Of a stretch of DNA of 64,000 nt, positions 20,204 to 30,324 are shown one piece after another. The stretch is from Arenicellales bacterium (GTDB lineage: Bacteria; Pseudomonadota; Gammaproteobacteria; Arenicellales; Poriferihabitantaceae), in contig CBDDOO010000001.1 in assembly GCA_965231905.1 (NCBI GenBank), positions 324,900-388,899 on the forward strand, read 5' to 3'. The position numbers and the translations under genes are program-made. The notes beneath the pieces are model-generated. The model was not told the origin of the DNA, ran no database searches, and saw only the letters and a program-made list of their open reading frames with translations. Within the stretch, counting starts at the first letter, position 1. Every line of letters begins with the position of its first letter.

Positions 20204-21034
20204 TCACTTCACCGCGCCGAAAGTCAGGCCGCGGACAAGTTGTTTCTGGCTGAACCATCCCAGGATCAGGATCGGCGCTATGGCCATTGTTGATGCCGCG
20301 CTCAGCTTGGCGTAGAACAGACCCTCGGGGCTTGAATAGCTGGCGATGAAGGCGGTCAGCGGACCGGCCTTCGCCGCCGTCAGGTTCAGCGTCCAGAACG
20401 CCTCGTTCCAGGCCAGGATGAAGTTCAGCAGTATGGTTGAGGCGATACCCGGCACGGCCATAGGTGTCAGCACATACAGGATTTCATCCCGCAGTGACGC
20501 GCCGTCTATTCGCGCGGCTTCCAGTATCTCGCCGGGAATTTCCCGGAAATACGTGTAGAGCATCCAGACGATGATCGGCAGGTTGATCAGCATCATGACG
20601 ATGACAAGACCGAACCGCGTGTCGAGGAGTCCGAGCTCGATGAAGATCAGGTAGATCGGGTAGAGGACACCCACCGCCGGCAGCATCTTGGTGGAAAGCA
20701 TCCAGAGCAGGATGTCCTTGGTCCGTTTCGATGGCGCGAAGGCCATGGACCATGCGGCGGGAACCGCGACGATGATGCCGAGCAGCGTGGAAACGCCGGC
20801 GATGATCACCGAGTTCCAGAGATAGCGCATATAGTCGGAACGCTCCTGCACGATCGCATAATTCTCCAGCGTCCAGTCGAACAACAGGAAAACCGGCGGG
20901 TCGGCAATTGCCTGCGCCTCGGTCTTGAAGCTTGTCAGGATCGTCCACAGTACCGGGAAGAAGATCAGCAGGCCGATCCCCCAGGCGACGGCGGTGTTGA
21001 CGACCTTCCGCTTGCTTGTAACCGTGCGGGCCAT
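20204..21034 (-). CDS. sugar ABC transporter permease (SmoG/MtlG type)
   Basis: Multi-TM protein with an EAA-loop region (EAARIDGAS). Confidence 0.9.
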   Translation of the reverse strand: MARTVTSKRKVVNTAVAWGIGLLIFFPVLWTILTSFKTEAQAIADPPVFLLFDWTLENYAIVQERSDYMRYLWNSVIIAGVSTLLGIIVAVPAAWSMAFAPSKRTKDILLWMLSTKMLPAVGVLYPIYLIFIELGLLDTRFGLVIVMMLINLPIIVWMLYTYFREIPGEILEAARIDGASLRDEILYVLTPMAVPGIASTILLNFILAWNEAFWTLNLTAAKAGPLTAFIASYSSPEGLFYAKLSAASTMAIAPILILGWFSQKQLVRGLTFGAVK

Positions 21035-21046
21035 GGCTCTGCCTCC

Positions 21047-21877
21047 TCACGTATCCAGATTCTTGCCGACAATGCGCATCAGGAAGAGCGCCACAATGTT
21101 GGCGAGGATGACCGCGTAGATGCCGCCGGCCGAACCGAGACCCACATTCTGACTCTCCAACACACGCTGGAAAATCAGATAGGTCAGCGTCCGGGTACCG
21201 AACGAACCCTGCGTCGTCACGAAGATTTCGGCGAAAATCGACAACAGGAATATCGTCTGGATCAGAATGACGATGGTAATGGCCTGACCGAGGTGCGGCA
21301 GGATGATATGGCGGAAGCGGGCCAGGGGCGGGGCGCCGTCCATCTCACCAGCTTCCAGTTGCTCGCGGTCCAGCGACTGGACCGCCGTCAGCAGGATCAG
21401 CGTTGCGAAGGGCAGCCATTGCCACGAGACGATCAGGGTGATGGAAAAGAGTGATGCCTGACTCAACCATTCCAGCGGCGCCAGGCCGAAGAATTTCCAG
21501 AGATGCGCAAACAGCCCGTTCACCGGATCCATGAACATGTTCTTCCAGACCAGCGCCGAAACGGTCGGCATCACGAAGAACGGCGCGATGACCAGTATCC
21601 GGACGATGCCCTGCCCCCACATCGGCTGATCCAGCAGGAGCGCAAGCAGGATGCCCAGGACCACGGTGATCAGCAGCGCACCACCCACGATGATGAGTGT
21701 CGCCTGCACGCTCGGCCAGAACGAGCTTGAGGTGACAAAGCGGACATAGTTCTCGAACCCGATCCACCCCAGGTCACCGCCTCGCAGCGGCAGGTAGCGC
21801 TTGAACGAAAAGTAGAGCGTCATGATCAGGGGCACGAGCATCCAGCCAAGCAGCAGGACAACCGCGGGCGCCATCAT
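21047..21877 (-). CDS. sugar ABC transporter permease (SmoF/MtlF type)
   Basis: Multi-TM protein with an EAA-like loop (EAGEMDGAPPLARFRHIILP). Confidence 0.9.
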   Translation of the reverse strand: MMAPAVVLLLGWMLVPLIMTLYFSFKRYLPLRGGDLGWIGFENYVRFVTSSSFWPSVQATLIIVGGALLITVVLGILLALLLDQPMWGQGIVRILVIAPFFVMPTVSALVWKNMFMDPVNGLFAHLWKFFGLAPLEWLSQASLFSITLIVSWQWLPFATLILLTAVQSLDREQLEAGEMDGAPPLARFRHIILPHLGQAITIVILIQTIFLLSIFAEIFVTTQGSFGTRTLTYLIFQRVLESQNVGLGSAGGIYAVILANIVALFLMRIVGKNLDT

Positions 21878-21948
21878 CAGGCGGGCGGCGGATCTTGCAT
21901 GCAGGGTTGCTATGACGCAGTTCCTTTGGGGTCAGGCTGATGCCGTCA

Positions 21949-23259
21949 TCAGTAACCGGCGGCCTCCATCTCCTCGGCTGTCAGGGCCTGTGCCTTCTCG
22001 AGCGCCTTCTCGACGGTCTGCTGGCCGGCGAGCGCGGCCGAGAATTCCTGGCCCACTTGCGTGGCAATGCCCGCGAACTCCGGAATGGCGACGAACTGGA
22101 CACCGGTATAGGGCACCGGATCGACGGTCGGCTGCTTCGGGTCGGCCGCGTTGATCGAGTTCAGCGTCATCCTGGCGAAGGGCGCAGCCTCCAGATAAGC
22201 GGGATTCTCGTACAGCGAGGTTCGGGTGCCGGGCGGGACATTAGCCCAGCCTTCTTTCGACGCCACGAGCGCCGTGTATTCCTTGCTGGTCGCCCAGGCG
22301 ATAAACTTCTTTGCCGCATCCGTCGCGTCGGAACCGGCCGGGATTGCCAGCGACCAGGCCCAGAGCCAGTTGCCGCGTTTGCCGAGACCATTGTCGGGAG
22401 CCAGAGCGAATCCGACACTGTCGGCCACTGTCGAGTCGTTCGGGTTGGTCACGAACGAGGCTGCCACGGTTGCATCAATCCACATTCCGCACTTGCCTTG
22501 CTGGAAGAGGGACAGATTCTCGTTGAATCCGTTGGTCGAGGCCCCCGGAGGACCATAGCTGGTCATCAGGTCCATGTAGAAACTGAGCGTGTTGGCCCAG
22601 GCTTCGCTGTCGAACTGGGGTTTCCAGTTCTCGTCAAACCAGCGCGCGCCGAAGGAATTCGAGGTGGCGGTCAGAAATGCCATGTTCTCGCCCCAGCCGG
22701 CCTTTCCGCGGAGGCAGACGCCATAGATCCCGTTGTCCCGGTCCGTCATCGCCGCCGCCGCTTGCCTGATGAAATCCCAGGTCGGCGCTTCGGGCATTTC
22801 GAGGTCGGCTTTCTTCATCAGGTCGGTCCGGTACATTACCATGGAGCTCTCCCCGTAGAACGGCGCCGCGTACAGCTCGCCATCGACGGTCAGGCCGGAG
22901 CGTATCGCGGGAAGCAGGTCATCGGCATCCCATCCGGCGGGTAGGTCGTTCAATGATGTGAGCCAGCCGTTCTTGCTCCAGATCGGAACCTCGTAGGTGC
23001 CGATGGTCAGCACATCGAACTGGCCGCCTTTCGTGGCAATGTCCTGGGTCACACGCTGGCGCAGTACGTTCTCTTCCAGCGTGACCCATTCCAGGGTGAT
23101 GTCGGGATTCCTGGATGTGAAATCCTCTGTCAGCCCCTGCATTCGGATCATGTCGCCGTTGTTGACGGTTGCAATGGTGACGGTGGTGGCAGCGTGGGCG
23201 CCGGCTGTCGCGACAAGTGCAACCGCGCCAACTGCACAAAGAGTGGTCTTCAAGCTCAT
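21949..23259 (-). CDS. sugar (sorbitol/mannitol-type) ABC transporter substrate-binding protein
   Basis: Signal peptide MSLKTTLCAVGAVALVATAGAHA. Family 1 extracellular solute-binding layout; first gene of the operon. Confidence 0.9.
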   Translation of the reverse strand: MSLKTTLCAVGAVALVATAGAHAATTVTIATVNNGDMIRMQGLTEDFTSRNPDITLEWVTLEENVLRQRVTQDIATKGGQFDVLTIGTYEVPIWSKNGWLTSLNDLPAGWDADDLLPAIRSGLTVDGELYAAPFYGESSMVMYRTDLMKKADLEMPEAPTWDFIRQAAAAMTDRDNGIYGVCLRGKAGWGENMAFLTATSNSFGARWFDENWKPQFDSEAWANTLSFYMDLMTSYGPPGASTNGFNENLSLFQQGKCGMWIDATVAASFVTNPNDSTVADSVGFALAPDNGLGKRGNWLWAWSLAIPAGSDATDAAKKFIAWATSKEYTALVASKEGWANVPPGTRTSLYENPAYLEAAPFARMTLNSINAADPKQPTVDPVPYTGVQFVAIPEFAGIATQVGQEFSAALAGQQTVEKALEKAQALTAEEMEAAGY

Positions 23260-23510
23260 GTTATCTCCCGGAAGTTCACGAATTAATCAACTTAATTGAT
23301 TTAATCCTGTTTGCCTTTGCCAAGTCAAGGACTTTTTTGATCCGTGGCCGGTGGCGCAAGCGGGTCAAGGCCGATCCCGGACTGCCATTTCCTGACGGAT
23401 TGGCGATTCTCTCCCGGTTCGGCCCGCGCGGTCCAGCTTTGTCGGGCATAATCCGAATATCCCATTAGCCATATTTCCGATGATTTTGCGGGGGGTTAAG
23501 CTGTATCGCT

Positions 23511-23957
23511 ATGAACGATGACTCTTCAGTAAATCTGGGCAGCGGCATTTCCGCGTTTGAATCGAAGCATTTCGCTTTGGCGCTGCGTATCCTGTCGCCT
23601 TTGGCGGAGGACGGCAACGCCGAGGCGCAATACCGTATGGCGATCATGCATCAAAATGGCCTGGGTGTGGTCCGCAACGAATTGATGGCGTTCAAAAACA
23701 TGAAACTGGCTGCCGAACAATCGCTTGCCCTGGCTCAACACGGGCTGGGGTTCATGTATATGGAAGGAGAATGTGTGGGGCAGGATGCTTCGAGCGCGAT
23801 ATACTGGTTTACCCGGGCTGCAAATCAGGGACTGGTGGGTTCGCAGGCGACACTGGCCTTGCTGTACGAGGAAGGCCGCGGTTGCGAGGTGGATCTGGAA
23901 AAAGCGAAAATGTGGTATCGGAAGGCGGGTTTTGGCGACAAGGCCGATTCGCTTTGA
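23511..23957 (+). CDS. Sel1-repeat (SLR/TPR-like) protein
   Basis: Tandem Sel1 repeats: AEAQYRMAIMHQNGLGV, AQHGLGFMYMEGECV, SQATLALLYEEGRGC, with A..WY.KAA-type helices. Confidence 0.8.
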   Translation: MNDDSSVNLGSGISAFESKHFALALRILSPLAEDGNAEAQYRMAIMHQNGLGVVRNELMAFKNMKLAAEQSLALAQHGLGFMYMEGECVGQDASSAIYWFTRAANQGLVGSQATLALLYEEGRGCEVDLEKAKMWYRKAGFGDKADSL

Positions 23958-24010
23958 ATGCTCCCACTGAACATGCCGGGGTGGAATCATCCAGCGCTCC
24001 GCAGTCGCGT

Positions 24011-25099
24011 ATGCGACGGTATCTTCAACTCATCGCAACCGGCCCGGAGCTGAGTAAATCCCTGACCGAAGCGCAGGCGGAGGATGCCATGGACATGATC
24101 CTGAAAGGCCGGATCAGCCCGGTGCGAACGGCGCTGTTCCTGATTGCGTTACGCATGAAACGCGAAACCGATGCCGAGAACATCGGCGTTCTCAATGCGC
24201 TGATGCGTAATCTCAAGACTTGCGTAACCCGCAGCCCGGAAATCCTGGCTGTCGCCGACCCGTTCAACGGTTATACCCGCAGCCTGCCGGCAACCCCGTT
24301 TCTGCCGGCGGTCTACGCCGCCTGCGGATTGCCGACCTATATACACGGATTGGATCACGTCGGTCCGAAGTATGGCATCACGGCGCGAATGGCGCTCGCC
24401 GCCGCCGGGGTCAATGTCGAACTGGATCCGACCATAGCCGCGCGAAAACTGGACTGTGCGGATACAGGCTGGAGTTATCTGGATCAGGGACAATATATCC
24501 CTGAGCTGAACAAACTGGTTGAACTTCGGGATGAGATGGTGAAACGAAGCTGTATTTCTACGCTGGAGGTAGTGTTGCAACCCTTGCGGGGCGCTCGCGC
24601 CACTTATCTTATGACCGGGTTCGTGCACAAGGCTTATCCTCCGGTTTATGCGATGCTGGCCAGACATGCCGGATTTGATTCAAGCGCCATTATCCGCGGG
24701 GTGGAAGGAGGTTGTATTCCTTCGCTCAGCCAGGTGTCCCGTTATTTTGGCTGTTGGGGGGATGAGGAGTTGACGCTGAATAAACTGGCGCCCGGTGAGT
24801 TCGGGATAGAACGGAAACAGCGGGCGATACCGATTCCGGAATCATTCCAGTCGGATATCGAACAAACATCCTGCAACAATACACAGGTACTCAGGGGGGG
24901 TGTGGAATATATGGTTGAGCTTGGGCTCGAAGCGCTGGGCAACACTCCCGGCAAGATGCGGGATAGCCTGATTTACGGCGCCGCCATCGGGTTGAGACAA
25001 TTCAGGATGGCTTCCGATTCACGCGAGGCGGCGGCCATGGCGACCAGAGCGATTTCCAGCGGTGAGGCGTTGGCAAGATTCAGGGCGGCCTGCTGTTGA
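24011..25099 (+). CDS. anthranilate phosphoribosyltransferase-family (TrpD2/YbiB-like) protein
   Basis: N-terminal helical domain (LTEAQAEDAMDMILKGRISPVRTALFLIALRMKRET) typical of glycosyltransferase family 3. Start set at ATG 24011; the track start 23771 would overlap the Sel1 gene. Confidence 0.65.
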   Translation: MRRYLQLIATGPELSKSLTEAQAEDAMDMILKGRISPVRTALFLIALRMKRETDAENIGVLNALMRNLKTCVTRSPEILAVADPFNGYTRSLPATPFLPAVYAACGLPTYIHGLDHVGPKYGITARMALAAAGVNVELDPTIAARKLDCADTGWSYLDQGQYIPELNKLVELRDEMVKRSCISTLEVVLQPLRGARATYLMTGFVHKAYPPVYAMLARHAGFDSSAIIRGVEGGCIPSLSQVSRYFGCWGDEELTLNKLAPGEFGIERKQRAIPIPESFQSDIEQTSCNNTQVLRGGVEYMVELGLEALGNTPGKMRDSLIYGAAIGLRQFRMASDSREAAAMATRAISSGEALARFRAACC

Positions 25100-25135
25100 G
25101 CCAGATTCTCCCTGGACTCCCTGACTGACGGGATT

Positions 25136-26524
25136 GTGATGAAGTATCTGCCGCTCATGCACAATTTTTCCGGTTGCCGCTGTCTGGTGGCAGGCGGCGG
25201 GAAAGTGGCCTTGAGACGCGCCCGGCGTGTACTGGACGCGGGGGGAAGGGTGGATGTCATCGCGGTGAAGTGTCTGCCCGAACTGAACGAAATCATCCTC
25301 GCGAACAACGGCAGTGTCCGGCTTCGGCCCTGGCGTTCCGGCGACCTCGAGAGCCACTATAAACTGGTGGTGGCCGCGACCAATGACAAGGAGGTCAATC
25401 GGCAAATTGCCGAGGCTGGCAAGCGGCGTGGCATTGCGGTCAATGTGGTGGATGATTCCTCGCTGTGCGATGTCATTTTTCCGACCGTCATCAACCGTGA
25501 GCCAACGCAGATTGCCATTACCAGCGGCAGCGCCTCTCCCCAGTTCGCCAACCTGCTGCGCCACCGGATCAACCTGTTCATCCCGAGCGGTTATGGCCGG
25601 CTTGCGGAGTTGTTCGGGCGATACCGCCGACAGATCAATCAACGGATCCAGCATCCGGGTGAACGCAGAAGCTTCTGGAACAAGGTCGTATATGGCCACA
25701 TTGCCGAAAGCGCGTTATCGGGAAATATCGAGCTTGCGGAATCCTGTTTGCAGGCGGCGATTGCGGACCATCGGGGGTTTTCAGACTGTGGAGAGGTTTA
25801 TCTGATCGGGGCCGGGCCGGGCGACCCTGACCTGTTGACCCTGCGCGCGTTTCGGCTGTTGCAGCAGGCCGAGATTGTGATTTATGACCGGCTGGTGTCG
25901 AAGGAGACCCTGGACCGGCTGGAAGAGGGCAAGGAGTTGATTTATGTCGGCAAGCAGCGCTCGAAACATACACTGCCGCAAACACAAATCAATGATCTCC
26001 TGGTGCAATATGCCAGACAGGGGAAGCGGGTCGCGAGATTGAAGGGGGGTGATCCCTTTATCTTTGGCAGGGGCGGGGAGGAAATAGAAAAACTGGCCGA
26101 GAACCGCATTCCTTTCCAGATTATTCCCGGCATCACCGCGGCGACCGGATGCGCCAGCTATGCCGGCATTCCGCTGACTCACCGCGATCATGCGCAATCC
26201 GTGCGCTTTGTGACCGGGCAGTTGCAGAATGGATCCGTCAATCTTGACTGGGATAACCTGATTGCCCGCGAGCAGACACTGGTTTTCTATATGGCTTTGC
26301 AGGGGTTGCCGACAATCTGCAAGCAATTGATTGCCCATGATTGTTCTCCCGACACTCTGGCCGCGGTCATCGAGAAAGGGACGACCCCGGAGCAGCGTGT
26401 GTACATCAGTACCCTGGAAAAACTTCCCGCCGTCATGGTCGACAGCAATATCCAGGCGCCGACCCTGACCATAGTCGGGTCAGTAGTCAGTCTGCATTCG
26501 AAGCTGGGGTGGTTCAACCGATGA
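25136..26524 (+). CDS. cysG: siroheme synthase (precorrin-2 dehydrogenase/ferrochelatase + uroporphyrinogen-III C-methyltransferase)
   Basis: N-terminal Rossmann segment CLVAGGGKVALRRA. C-terminal VYLIGAGPGDPDLLTLRA and LKGGDPFIFGRGGEE are SUMT signatures. Confidence 0.9.
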   Translation: MMKYLPLMHNFSGCRCLVAGGGKVALRRARRVLDAGGRVDVIAVKCLPELNEIILANNGSVRLRPWRSGDLESHYKLVVAATNDKEVNRQIAEAGKRRGIAVNVVDDSSLCDVIFPTVINREPTQIAITSGSASPQFANLLRHRINLFIPSGYGRLAELFGRYRRQINQRIQHPGERRSFWNKVVYGHIAESALSGNIELAESCLQAAIADHRGFSDCGEVYLIGAGPGDPDLLTLRAFRLLQQAEIVIYDRLVSKETLDRLEEGKELIYVGKQRSKHTLPQTQINDLLVQYARQGKRVARLKGGDPFIFGRGGEEIEKLAENRIPFQIIPGITAATGCASYAGIPLTHRDHAQSVRFVTGQLQNGSVNLDWDNLIAREQTLVFYMALQGLPTICKQLIAHDCSPDTLAAVIEKGTTPEQRVYISTLEKLPAVMVDSNIQAPTLTIVGSVVSLHSKLGWFNR

Positions 26525-26562
26525 CTTTCGGACGACCTCAGGTTGAACCGAACTGAACCGGA

Positions 26563-27780
26563 TTACATTTCCGCCAGTTCCTGAACGCCCTCGATGGCCT
26601 GTTCCAGGTCTTCGTCATCTGTGAAGTAACCGGGAGAAAATCGAACGGTCCCGTTTTGTGGAACGGTATTGGCATCCTGGTGAACCAGCGGCGCGCAATG
26701 CAGGCCGGCCCGGACACATACGGCGTAATCCGCATCCAGCATCGTGCCGACCTGATCTGCGGGCAGGTCTCCGATATTGATCGATAGTGTTGCAACCCTG
26801 GGGCGGTTTCTCCCGGGACCGTAAACCCTGACATTCTCAATATCCCTGAATGCGGTCTCCAACTCTTTCACATGGGCTACCTCTTTCCCCTCTATATGTT
26901 GCAGTGCGGCCCGGCAGGCTTCGGTATGGCTGACATCCCCGCCAGCGCCATTCAGTTGTTCTTTGCCCAGTTCCGCGAACCATTTCTGCGCGGCATTCAG
27001 CCCTGCGATACCGGGCAGCGACACTGTGCCGGTCTCAAGATGATGGGGATAGTTATCGGGTTGGAACGGGGTGATTGAATCAACACCGGTTCCGCCTACC
27101 CGCGCCGGACGAATCCAGACGCCGTCATTGACCAGCATTCCACCGATACCCATGGGACCAAACAGGCCCTTGTGGCCGGTGAAGGTCAGGACGTCAATGC
27201 AACAGTCCTGCATGTCGATGGTCAAAACCCCGGCGCTCTGGCAGGTATCGACTATAAAAGTCACCTCCGCTTCGCGCGCAATCCGTCCAATCGACTTCAA
27301 ATCCTGGACAGAGCCCAGTACATTGGAAGCATGGTTGACTACGATCACTTTTGTTTCAGAGCGGATCGCCTTTTTTATTTCCTGTACATCGACATAGCCC
27401 TGTTCATCATGTTCTACGCGAGTGACGGCGACGTTATGGTCCCGCTCCAGGTGGTTCAACGGTCGGATAACAGAATTATGTTCCAAACGGGTACTGATTA
27501 CATGATCACCGGATACCAGCATGCCGAACAGCGCGATGTTGAGTGAATCCGAGGCATTCTGGGTAAAAACAACGCGATTGCTGTCACTGCCGAAATTGAA
27601 AAACTGTCCCAGCAACCGACGTGTCTGGGAGATCATCTTTTCGGCTTCCACTGCCAGTTCATGTCCGGCGCGGCCCGGATTCACCCCGTAGCCGCGATAG
27701 AATTGATCCATGAATTCATATACGCATTCAGGTTTCGGCCAGGAAGTGGCGGCATTGTCCAGATAGTAGTGTTCTTTCAT
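26563..27780 (-). CDS. class V aminotransferase-fold cysteine desulfurase (SufS/CsdA-like)
   Basis: YLDNAATS, PLP-lysine region FTGHKGLFGPMGIGG, catalytic loop RAGLHCAP. Start at ATG 27780 (MKEHYYLDNAAT). Confidence 0.85.
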   Translation of the reverse strand: MKEHYYLDNAATSWPKPECVYEFMDQFYRGYGVNPGRAGHELAVEAEKMISQTRRLLGQFFNFGSDSNRVVFTQNASDSLNIALFGMLVSGDHVISTRLEHNSVIRPLNHLERDHNVAVTRVEHDEQGYVDVQEIKKAIRSETKVIVVNHASNVLGSVQDLKSIGRIAREAEVTFIVDTCQSAGVLTIDMQDCCIDVLTFTGHKGLFGPMGIGGMLVNDGVWIRPARVGGTGVDSITPFQPDNYPHHLETGTVSLPGIAGLNAAQKWFAELGKEQLNGAGGDVSHTEACRAALQHIEGKEVAHVKELETAFRDIENVRVYGPGRNRPRVATLSINIGDLPADQVGTMLDADYAVCVRAGLHCAPLVHQDANTVPQNGTVRFSPGYFTDDEDLEQAIEGVQELAEM

Positions 27781-28198
27781 CGGGGCCTCGCAAATGAAGT
27801 GGTGGCGTATAGTCATCTGAACTGCGGATAGATGATCCGGTGAAAGAAAATTATATACCTGTATGGTTGGGAAAATAGTCTAAAAAATCCAGAAGATCGG
27901 TTTATATTGAAACCAATGTTTCAATATTATCAATATAGGTAGATTGCTGGAAGCGAGAGAATCGCCAATTCAGATCCTTATCGCCAAAATCAATTTCCGT
28001 TTATTTTGACAGAAATATCACTATTCAGGCCATATTCGGTTGAAATTGTTATGAAATTTTCTGCTTTAAGTGTTAAGGTTCGCGGGTTTTCAGGTTGGCG
28101 GTATTAGGTTATCGCCACATTTTGCTTTCTACTTCAAACCGGTGAATTTGGATGTGGAAATTTTATGTAGATTCACCATTCAAGTAGAGAAAAATATA

Positions 28199-28408
28199 AT
28201 GAGTAAAGGTAAGGTCAAGTGGTTTAGCGCCGCTAAGGGTTTCGGATTTATCACGCCACAGGAAGGGGGAAAAGATCTTTTTGTCCACTATTCTGAAATT
28301 CAAAGTGGCGGTGGTTATGCGACGCTGAATGAAGGGCAGGAGGTTGAGTTTGAGGTGGGGCAGGGTCAGAAAGGCCCCTGCGCCAATAATGTCGTGCCTG
28401 TCCAGTAA
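28199..28408 (+). CDS. cspA: cold-shock protein, CspA family
   Basis: [20 protein letters not shown] (RNP1 KGFGFI) and DLFVHYS (RNP2). 69 aa, with a long AT-rich leader upstream. Confidence 0.95.
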   Translation: MSKGKVKWFSAAKGFGFITPQEGGKDLFVHYSEIQSGGGYATLNEGQEVEFEVGQGQKGPCANNVVPVQ

Positions 28409-28428
28409 CCTATAAGGGACAGAGCAAA

Positions 28429-28478
28429 TGCAGACAAGCTTGTCTGAAGCCAGGCTTGTCTGCAACCCGTTTCGGGTT
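28429..28478. terminator. hairpin cluster between convergent cspA and Zn-ADH genes (probable bidirectional terminator)
   Basis: TGCAGACAAGC (28429-28439) pairs with GCTTGTCTGCA (28454-28464). There is also the perfect palindrome CAGACAAGCTTGTCTG (28431-28446) and AACCCGTTTCGGGTT (28464-28478). No strong U-tract. Confidence 0.5.
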
Positions 28479-28510
28479 CCCCTGCCGGATTTCCGGTTGC
28501 GTATCCGGCG

Positions 28511-29500
28511 CTAAATCTGCAATACCACCTTGGGCGCGGCACAATATCCGTTGTGGATTTCGTCGAAAGCGCCTCCCCCATCACCGAGCGGACGGGATTC
28601 AATCCAGTCCAGCGTACCCAGCGCTCCGCTGTGCAGCTTCCGCAGTGTGACCCGCAAATCCAGGGGAGAATAGGTATAACATCCAATCAGTGTTATTTCC
28701 TGCAGGGTCATGCGCCTGACATCCATGCTGCCCTTGTTGTCCATCAGCCCAATGTGCACAATGGTTGATCCCGGCCGGGCGCTGGCTATGCTGGTATTCC
28801 GGGTGTTGGCATTGCCAACGGCGTCAAAGACCAGATCATAGTCATTTTCTGCGGGAGGGTTTTCAATCGGGTCAAAAACCCTGCAATCGGTATGGTCAAT
28901 GACCGTTTGCCGTCTCAATGGATTGGTTTCGGCCAGGTCAACCCGCACCGTCCCCTTGTCCAGCAGAATCAATGCAGTCAGCAGGCCAACCGAACCGGCG
29001 CCGATAACCAGAGCTTTGGCTTCACTGACCGGGCGGGCGCTGGCTTTTTCACCCAGCGATACCGCATGCAGCGCGGTGGCGCCCGGTTCCGTCAAGGCCG
29101 CCTTGCCGGCATCCATGCCGTCCGGTACTTCAATCAGATTTCGTTCCGGGATGGCAACCTGTTCAGCGAAGGCCCCGGCCCGAACCATGCCGATCAAATC
29201 CCTGTGGGCACAGAGATTCTGGCGACCGCCTGAACAGTCATCGCATGTACCGCAGGTGATGAGTGGATTGAGCACAACCCTGCTGCCCGGTTTGCTGCCT
29301 TGCAATACCACTCCAACGGCTTCATGGCCGAGAATCAGGGGAGGTATCCGGCGCGGGTCGTGCCCCATCCAGGCGTGCATGTCGGAACCGCAAATACCGA
29401 CGGATTGAACAGCGACCAGCGCTTCATCCTGACCAGGAGCCGGGTCCGGTTCGTCTCGGTAGGTCATTTGCTGATTGGCTGTATAGACCAGGGCTTTCAT
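28511..29500 (-). CDS. Zn-dependent medium-chain alcohol dehydrogenase (candidate HpsP-like)
   Basis: GICGSDMHAW (catalytic Zn site), structural Zn cysteines CGTCDDCSGG, Rossmann VIGAGSVGL. Confidence 0.85.
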   Translation of the reverse strand: MKALVYTANQQMTYRDEPDPAPGQDEALVAVQSVGICGSDMHAWMGHDPRRIPPLILGHEAVGVVLQGSKPGSRVVLNPLITCGTCDDCSGGRQNLCAHRDLIGMVRAGAFAEQVAIPERNLIEVPDGMDAGKAALTEPGATALHAVSLGEKASARPVSEAKALVIGAGSVGLLTALILLDKGTVRVDLAETNPLRRQTVIDHTDCRVFDPIENPPAENDYDLVFDAVGNANTRNTSIASARPGSTIVHIGLMDNKGSMDVRRMTLQEITLIGCYTYSPLDLRVTLRKLHSGALGTLDWIESRPLGDGGGAFDEIHNGYCAAPKVVLQI

Positions 29501-29514
29501 ATTCGCCTCCTGTA

Positions 29515-30306
29515 TTACCCGGCAGAGAAACCGCCATCAATGTGTAGTATCTGTCCGGTGATATAGGCAGACGCGGCAGACGCGAAGAAAATGGTAATGC
29601 CGGACAGATCGCTTAAATTCCCGTTACGTCCCGACATGGTCTGGCTGGCCCTCCACTGTTCGGTCTCGGGATCGTCAAATACGGAGGCAGTCAGTTCGGT
29701 CGGGAAAAATCCCGGCGCTATCGCGTTACAGGTGATACCCTGTACAGACCAGGCCTGCGCCATCGCCCGGGTCAGTTGGCAGATACCGCCTTTTGACGCC
29801 CCATAAGCCAGACTGTTGGCAAATGCGCGGAATGATTGTAAAGACGCAATGTTGATGATGCGTCCGTAGCCGTTTCCAATCATACCGGGCACAAATTCCC
29901 GGCTGAAAAAAAACGGTACGCAAAGATTCAGGTTGACGGTCGCGTCCCAGCTTTCAATGGTGATCTCATCCACGCTCTGGCGAAGGTTGATTCCGGCCGC
30001 GTTGACAACGCCATCAACATGCCCGAACATATCCCTGCATTGCGCGGCGACCTCCCGGATTCCGGGTCGGTCCCCCAGGTCGGCGCAGACTGACCTGGCT
30101 CGTCCGCCGTTTTCGGTGATTTCTTCAACCACATTGTCGAGTGGATCCCTGCGTCGGGCGATGCCGATGACGGCGGCTCCCGCGGCGGCCAGAACCCGGG
30201 TCATCTCGCGGCCAATGCCCGAACTGGCGCCGGTAATCACGAAAACCCGGCCATCCAGGGAAAACTGGTCGAGAGGGTTATTCCGGATTGAAGACGGGCC
30301 TGGCAT
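29515..30306 (-). CDS. short-chain dehydrogenase/reductase (candidate HpsO-like)
   Basis: VITGASSGIGREM (TGxxxGIG), NAAG, and catalytic YGASKGG (YxxxK). Confidence 0.85.
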   Translation of the reverse strand: MPGPSSIRNNPLDQFSLDGRVFVITGASSGIGREMTRVLAAAGAAVIGIARRRDPLDNVVEEITENGGRARSVCADLGDRPGIREVAAQCRDMFGHVDGVVNAAGINLRQSVDEITIESWDATVNLNLCVPFFFSREFVPGMIGNGYGRIINIASLQSFRAFANSLAYGASKGGICQLTRAMAQAWSVQGITCNAIAPGFFPTELTASVFDDPETEQWRASQTMSGRNGNLSDLSGITIFFASAASAYITGQILHIDGGFSAG

Positions 30307-30324
30307 GTCCCGACAAACCTCGCC

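Noticed and set aside
21940-22944. 334-aa plus-strand ORF
   Set aside because: It is antisense to the sugar-binding protein gene and has an Arg/Gly-rich shadow composition.
23771-24010. Long N-terminal extension of the TrpD-like ORF
   Set aside because: It overlaps the Sel1 gene in another frame and is Gly/Arg-rich. ATG 24011 gives a family-typical N-terminus.
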